A stretch of DNA of 64,000 nucleotides from Octopus vulgaris (lineage: Eukaryota): assembly GCA_951406725.2 (NCBI GenBank), contig OX597820.1, positions 5,890,001 to 5,954,000 of the forward strand, given 5' to 3'. The stretch's first letter is position 1. Every line of letters begins with the position of its first letter. The notes below the pieces were generated by a model. It did no database searches and was not told the origin of the DNA. It saw only the letters and a program-made list of their open reading frames with translations. Shown here in pieces: positions 57,144 through 64,000 of this stretch. Position numbers and translations under genes: made by a program.

Positions 57144-58954
57144 TACATATATATATATATACATGTATGTATATATATATATACATGTATGTATATATGT
57201 ATACATGTATGTATATATGTATGCATGTGTATTTGCATGCATTTATGTATCTGCCAACTCTATTCATCTCTTCCTCGCCGCATTCTTTTCCCGTCTTCCT
57301 CTTTATACATGTATATGTGTGTGAGTGTGTGCGTGGGGGTGGTTATATATTTATGAATATATATGTATATATGTCTGTGTGTCTGTGTGTATATTCGATA
57401 GTATCGGTATGCTTTCATTTTTGTTATTCAGTTTTCTTTTTTACTTTTCTTTACGATTCATGCTTTTAACTCTTACTCACCGTTCCTTTATTTTTCACTC
57501 ACCTTCTATTGACAAAAGAATATGGTTTTCATAGAATTTCTAAAAAACATTTGTACAAAAAGGTTATGGAAAGCGCAATTTTAGAGCAGAAAGGACTTGG
57601 GTGCATTGTCTAGGTGAGACCATTGGTGTCTGACTGTGTATAAGAGAAGACGCCAAAATACACAAAGTTATTGAAATCTCAAGAAAACATTGGAATACAA
57701 ATATTTCCTTTGTTGGGATTTCATTTATGACGCTGTGTAATCTACTTTTCCGTCATATTTATCGCCCAGTTGTGAAGGTGTGCCTCTATTCATGAGGATA
57801 AGGGTGGCTGTAGATGGGGTTATATACTTACGATCATGTGTGTGTGTGTGTGTGTCTATGTGTGTGACTGTAAAAGGATATGTGTGTGTATGTGGGTGTA
57901 TGTGTGTCAACACATACATATAAGCATATATATGTGATTGTGCTTACAAATGTAGGCGCGTGTAAATGTATGTGTGTATGTGTACGAGTGTGTGTGTGTG
58001 AAAGAGAGAGAGTGTGTGTGTCATGTACGTACGTATGCCTCTGTATATGTATATGTGTGTGTACATGTGTATTTGTGAGGGAGTATATATGCGTGCATAT
58101 ATGAATTGAGTTATGCGCTCATGTACTTTCAAACATAAATGTTTATCCATGTATGCGTATATTCAAGGCCTGCATTGTCTTGACAGAGCACTTATGGGGT
58201 CAAATGAAATACCTAATGGGGACCTGGGTTTCTCTACTACGAGTTCAACTCCCGCTTATGAAAACTTTGCCATCCAATCTTCCGGGGTCGATGAAGTACC
58301 GGTCAAGTACTTTACTCCATTTCTCTCTGTGACTCGGTGTCTCTGAGAAGTGGCAGGAACCGCTAATGATGTCCTCTTCTCTGAACGATCAGACGACACT
58401 CCCTCAAAAAATACCCATACACAAAAACCGATATACCCCTGAAACTGTGCAAAGACAGTGTTGTGATGATATAAAGGATGGGGGTGCAATAAAAATACAT
58501 CTATGCATAGGAAAGACGTCTGAGAGGGATGCCAGCGATGGAGTTCACTTTTGGAATTGGCTATTATTTTGACATGATTCAACAGTGCTTTAGAGGGACC
58601 ATTTTGTCAAATGTAATTCTTCTGATTATCTGGATATCTGAGACTTTTATGAGAGGTCAATAGAACAATATAGAGTTCTATTCAATATCTTTGAGCATAG
58701 TGATGTCAAGAGTAAAACTTAATATAAACACATACACAAACACACAGACACATACATACACACAGAGAAAGAGACAGACAGGCTCACACACACACACATA
58801 CGAGTTTCATAAGAACTTCATAAGATAGTAATTTACTCCTTTTTCATCGGCTTTTCCTCATTAACAACCTTTACTACTGGACTAACACTTCGTTCAAAGG
58901 CAGATGTATACTGAGTTCTACACCTGGTCATTAGTATTGCAACGCCGAAGTGAT

Positions 58955-59010
<56 letters not shown>

Positions 59011-59096
59011 AGAGTTTACGAAAAAGCAAAAGACGATGACAGGTGGTGTACAAACCAAACAGGTGTATTAGTATAACGCTCAGGAATAGAAAAAGT

Positions 59097-59132
59097 CTTT
59101 TACGTTTCGAGCCTACGCTCTTCTACAGAAAG
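59097..59132 (-). ncRNA. Minimal hammerhead-like motif CUGUAGA, second copy (element 59006-59175)
   Basis: Exact reverse complement of 49804-49839. Confidence 0.62.
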
Positions 59133-59339
59133 GGACACAGATAAAAACAAGGAGAGAAAGAAAGGAGAGAAAAAATATATATTACTATGACTTTTAAAAT
59201 CTGTATTTGTATTATTATCTTATCTATTGATTTATATATTTTTGTGTGCTTTTGATGTTCTCATTTGTAAAATGAATAAATAATCCAACATTATAATATC
59301 CATAAGTTGATGAACAAACCAAATTTGTTTCTCCATTTT

Positions 59340-59374
<35 letters not shown>

Positions 59375-59958
59375 TATATATATATGCATACATATAAAAC
59401 TGTTAAAACCCTCTTTAGAAAAAGCCTCTCCATATACTAATCAGAAACTCAAGCAGCTTGGTAGACTTTATTTTGGAATTGTCATTTTGTCTCTAAATTT
59501 CATAGAGTTGACTAATATATAGTCATATACATCCATATAAACATTCCATTGCGTATAAAACATAGACTTTGACACGCATTTTATATATACTTATGAGTGT
59601 ATACGTTTGCCCGTCTATGTATATTTATAGATATATATGTTTGTAAGGGTGTTTTGTATGTAAGTATGCATGTTATGTATGTGTACATGTGTGTATATGT
59701 ACATTTCATATGCATGTATATACTGGAATATAGGTGCGACACACTATTCGGCATGTGTAACAATACATACATTCAACCTCACTCACACACACACATATAT
59801 GCACACATACACAAACATACCCATACGCGCGTTAATATATATTTATATGCATTAGTACGTATGTCTCTGTCTCTAATTTTACCTGTCTGTGTGTGTGTGA
59901 ATGTGTGCGTGCTTGTATATATATGCATATATATATCTTTATATGTGTATATATATAT

Positions 59959-60012
<54 letters not shown>

Positions 60013-60227
60013 AGAGAGAGAGAGAGAGAGGAATTTGGAGACAGAGAGGTATAGATAAAGATATATATACATATATACACATTTCGAAATATGTATGCTT
60101 ACATAACACACACATATATATTCATACATAACGTATGTATAAGTACATAAGTATGTACTCATACATATCTAAATCTATACCTATATCACACACTTGTATG
60201 TGTATATATATATATATACATACTTAC

Positions 60228-60328
<101 letters not shown>

Positions 60329-60414
60329 CCAGTGACGCGTGCTAGAGTGTGTTACTTATGTTTGTAAGCACATGTATATGTATATATATCTGTATTTATA
60401 TCTATATTTATATC

Positions 60415-60484
<70 letters not shown>

Positions 60485-62050
60485 GGGAATATAAATACAC
60501 AAATCTGTTCTTTTACTTATAAAAGCTGTTACATTCGATGATCAGTTTTTAGCTGTTTTTTAGTTGATTTTTTTGTTGTTTTTTTCTTGTTTTGCTTTTC
60601 TCTTGTCTTCTTTGTTTGCCTTCAGTTTTTCTTTTCAAGTTTCGGAAAGTATTCCCAACCTAAATTCTTTGGCAAAGGTTACTGACCCTGAACAAAAGCT
60701 TTGTTTGCTCCAGCTATTTCCTCTCTTGACTTTAGCTGCTTTGCTGCTTTGCTAAGTAATAACACCTTAGCATTCTCGTCCGTCAATAACACAGTCTTAC
60801 CAACTCGCTCTACTCAACTCCTTACGTGCCCGGTTGCTTCGCGAACCTTCAATGCGGATTAGTTCTGCACCGGAGAAGTCTTTAGCAGGCGTTAAATTCC
60901 AGCGCATTGCAAAAGAAGCGAAACAAAAAAAATCACTTACAACAATAACAACAACCATGAAAAGGCAGCAACAACAATAACATCAACAACAATTGCATAT
61001 ATGTAAACACAGCTACAGCAAATAACACTAACGCCACCCCCCAATCGCCACCCCACTCCTCACCACGAACGACTACAACAATAACAACGCCAACATGAGC
61101 TATTGACGGTAAACATCGCCAATGACAGACTCACCACCCGGGAAAAATAAAAACACACTCAACAAATATGGGTGTAATATTGATTCCGCTCCGTTGAATA
61201 TTTGTCAGAAATCGAGTTTAAAGGATTTATGGAAGAAGCCGTCATGTTGTTCGTCGTGATGGAAGCTGCAACTGTTTGGTTTGGGCAAGTCTACAAGACA
61301 ATACCATATTAGAAGCAAGAACACAAGAACGGTAAACATAGACAGAAAGAAGAACATCTATTTCGGGGTGGAGACATAAGTGGCAGATACATAAGTACAC
61401 AGATTATCAAACATATATATGCGTGTGTGTATGTGTGTGTGTGTGTATACGTATGTACACACACACACACGCACATGCACAAACACAGACACACACACAC
61501 ACACATATATATATGCATGATCACACACATACAAATATATATATATACACGCATATGCATATATGTGTGTATATGTATATATATATGTGTGTGTGTATGT
61601 ATGCATACACACAGGCACACAAGCACGTACACACACACACAAGCACACAGAGGTATTTTGGTTTGAGGAATACCGGGAAATAACAAGATGGCCAACGGAA
61701 CCATTGCCAAGCCGGAACCATAGAAACATTTTCAGTGGTGGCGTATGTATGACAGCACAAACCAAATGGTGACATAAAAATATTCTATAATGGCGGTAAA
61801 CGTATTAAAATACGGGGTGAAAATTTATAGTGTTAAATTAAATGAAATTCATTTAAAGATGTTATTTTGAAAACGAGTTCAATACTGTAGTCCTAGATGA
61901 ACTGTGACTGAAAAACGTCAGGTGTTGATTATTGGAACTTCTTTGACCATCGGTCGACTGGATCAGGTATTTCAACCACAATATGAATATTTCATCTTTT
62001 CTGATTGGTCATTAGCAATTTCGTGAAAGTGCCCTTTCATGTATTGCCCG

Positions 62051-62280
62051 CATACATACACACATACATACATTCATACATACATACATACATACATACA
62101 TACATACATACATACATACATACATACATACATACGTACATACATACATACATACATACATACATACATACATACATACGTACGTACATACATACATACA
62201 TACATACATACATACATACATACATACATACATACATACATACATACATACATACATACATACATACATACATACATACA

Positions 62281-62310
<30 letters not shown>
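62051..62310. repeat. (CATA)n microsatellite
   Basis: Direct reading. Confidence 0.97.
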
Positions 62311-62315
<5 letters not shown>

Positions 62316-62624
62316 GGAAAAAGTCAAGATAGAAAATAATTTTATAAAAAACATTTCAGTACCGGTTTCAGTCATACATACATACATAAATACATAACAC
62401 ATACACACATATATATAATATATAGATATATAGATATGGACATATATATCTACGCACACATACACATACATATGTATATCCATATATAAATGTATATAGA
62501 GTAGCACAGAGAGAGAGGGGAGGGAGAGAGAGAGAGAGAGAAAGAGAGTGATTTATGACAGTCATTTCGCTTGCCTAACATGATATCAGCAAGTAGCGTG
62601 TATATGGCAGCCGATTCATTACTG

Positions 62625-62672
<48 letters not shown>

Positions 62673-63053
62673 GCATATTTCTCTGTGATGACTTGTACTT
62701 TAGTGATAGTAGTTAGACAGTACACTGTAGTTGATGCAGTTTTTCAATGTTAGCACAAAAAAAAAAATTAAAATACAGTTTATAGCAAGTGTGCAGCGAA
62801 CAATGAAAGATGTCGGTCGTCTCCTACAGAATTTCCTGTTGAATCCCAATGTCTTTCTTTCTTTGTTTTACACATGAGCCTTGAGAATGTGTTAAGAGGC
62901 CCTGACCCCGTTGAAAATCACTACCACCCTTCACTTACATTAATCTAGGCTGTGAAAAACAAGGTTGTTTTTTTCTAGCGATTAAAGTCGTAATTACCTA
63001 CATACACACGCACAAATACGCAAACCCCCACATATACACGCAGACGCACCCCC

Positions 63054-63124
<71 letters not shown>

Positions 63125-63379
63125 TAAATGTTAGAAATTTTGGATGAAATTGCGTATCTATATATCTAAGTCACCCAACACGGGCAAAAGTAAAGAAACA
63201 TTTTCTAAGAGAAGAAATATATAGAGATGTAGAAGCTAACGTCCAACCCTTTTAAAATCTGTAATCATCCACAACCAACATCTTTCGAAATGACGGAATC
63301 GAACTTCACTGATATCATTCTGCAAGTATTTGTATTCCACATTGCTTTTATATACATTAATCAATATGGTTGGTTTCAA

Positions 63380-63565
63380 AGGCGGCGAGCTGGCAGAAAC
63401 ATTAGTACGCTGCTACGTTCTGGGTTCAAATTCCGCCGTGGTCGACTTTGAAGTTCATCCTTTCGGGGTCGGTAAATTAAGTACTAGTTGTGTACTGGGG
63501 TCGATTTAATTGACTGGCCCCGCTACGCAAAAATTTCGGGCCTTCTGCCTAGAGTAGAAAAGAAT
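63380..63565 (+). mobile_element. SINE family C, internally deleted
   Basis: ggcggcgagctggcagaaac head and core. Confidence 0.82.
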
Positions 63566-63924
63566 TTAGAAGTGTCGGGAAATATTAAACACATCTCATT
63601 GATAAAAATAAAACTGGTAAAAAACATATGGATGCAGAAATTTCAAAGGGTTGCTTTGCATTGATGACGGAACATCTGGCATGGTTTCAGAAGGTGTGAG
63701 TTCTATTCCTACATGTAGTTTTCGACTTTTCTCACCTATTTTACCATACTTCTCGAAGTTTCTCAATTCTTATAATGCAAACGATATCAACTTACCTACC
63801 TACCTACCTACCTGCCTACCTACCTATATATAAATACATATTTATAATGGCAGATAAGTACGATCCAAGGATACTGGTATGAGAAATTAGTAAGCTTCGA
63901 GATTATATAGAGCTTCTCCACGCT

Positions 63925-63961
<37 letters not shown>

Positions 63962-64000
63962 AATAAATTAGCCTTGCTAATTTATAATTATAAACTAGCA

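Noticed and set aside
63993-64000. actagca at the window end, possibly another Helitron terminus
   Set aside because: Too short to support.

Overview
AT-rich animal genomic DNA, most likely an octopus judging by the SINE families and the extreme microsatellite load (inference). No intact host protein-coding gene is supportable; almost all ORF-track entries are microsatellite translations. The window holds many tRNA-derived SINEs, short Helitrons, a decayed Tc1 and a decayed Chapaev3-like DNA transposon, and fragments of R4/Dong-, RTE- and CR1/L2-like LINEs. The main observation is about 17 type I hammerhead ribozyme (HHR) motifs, intact or degenerate, from roughly ten unrelated non-coding element families, most lodged in or beside (TA)n/(TATG)n tracts. 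They occur as a 594-bp head-to-tail array (1-1299) and as long fold-back palindromes with an HHR on each strand (16649-17361, 50176-50854, 52036-52930). This resembles Penelope-like pLTR or retrozyme biology. All structures were read by eye, without folding or database searches, so boundaries are approximate.
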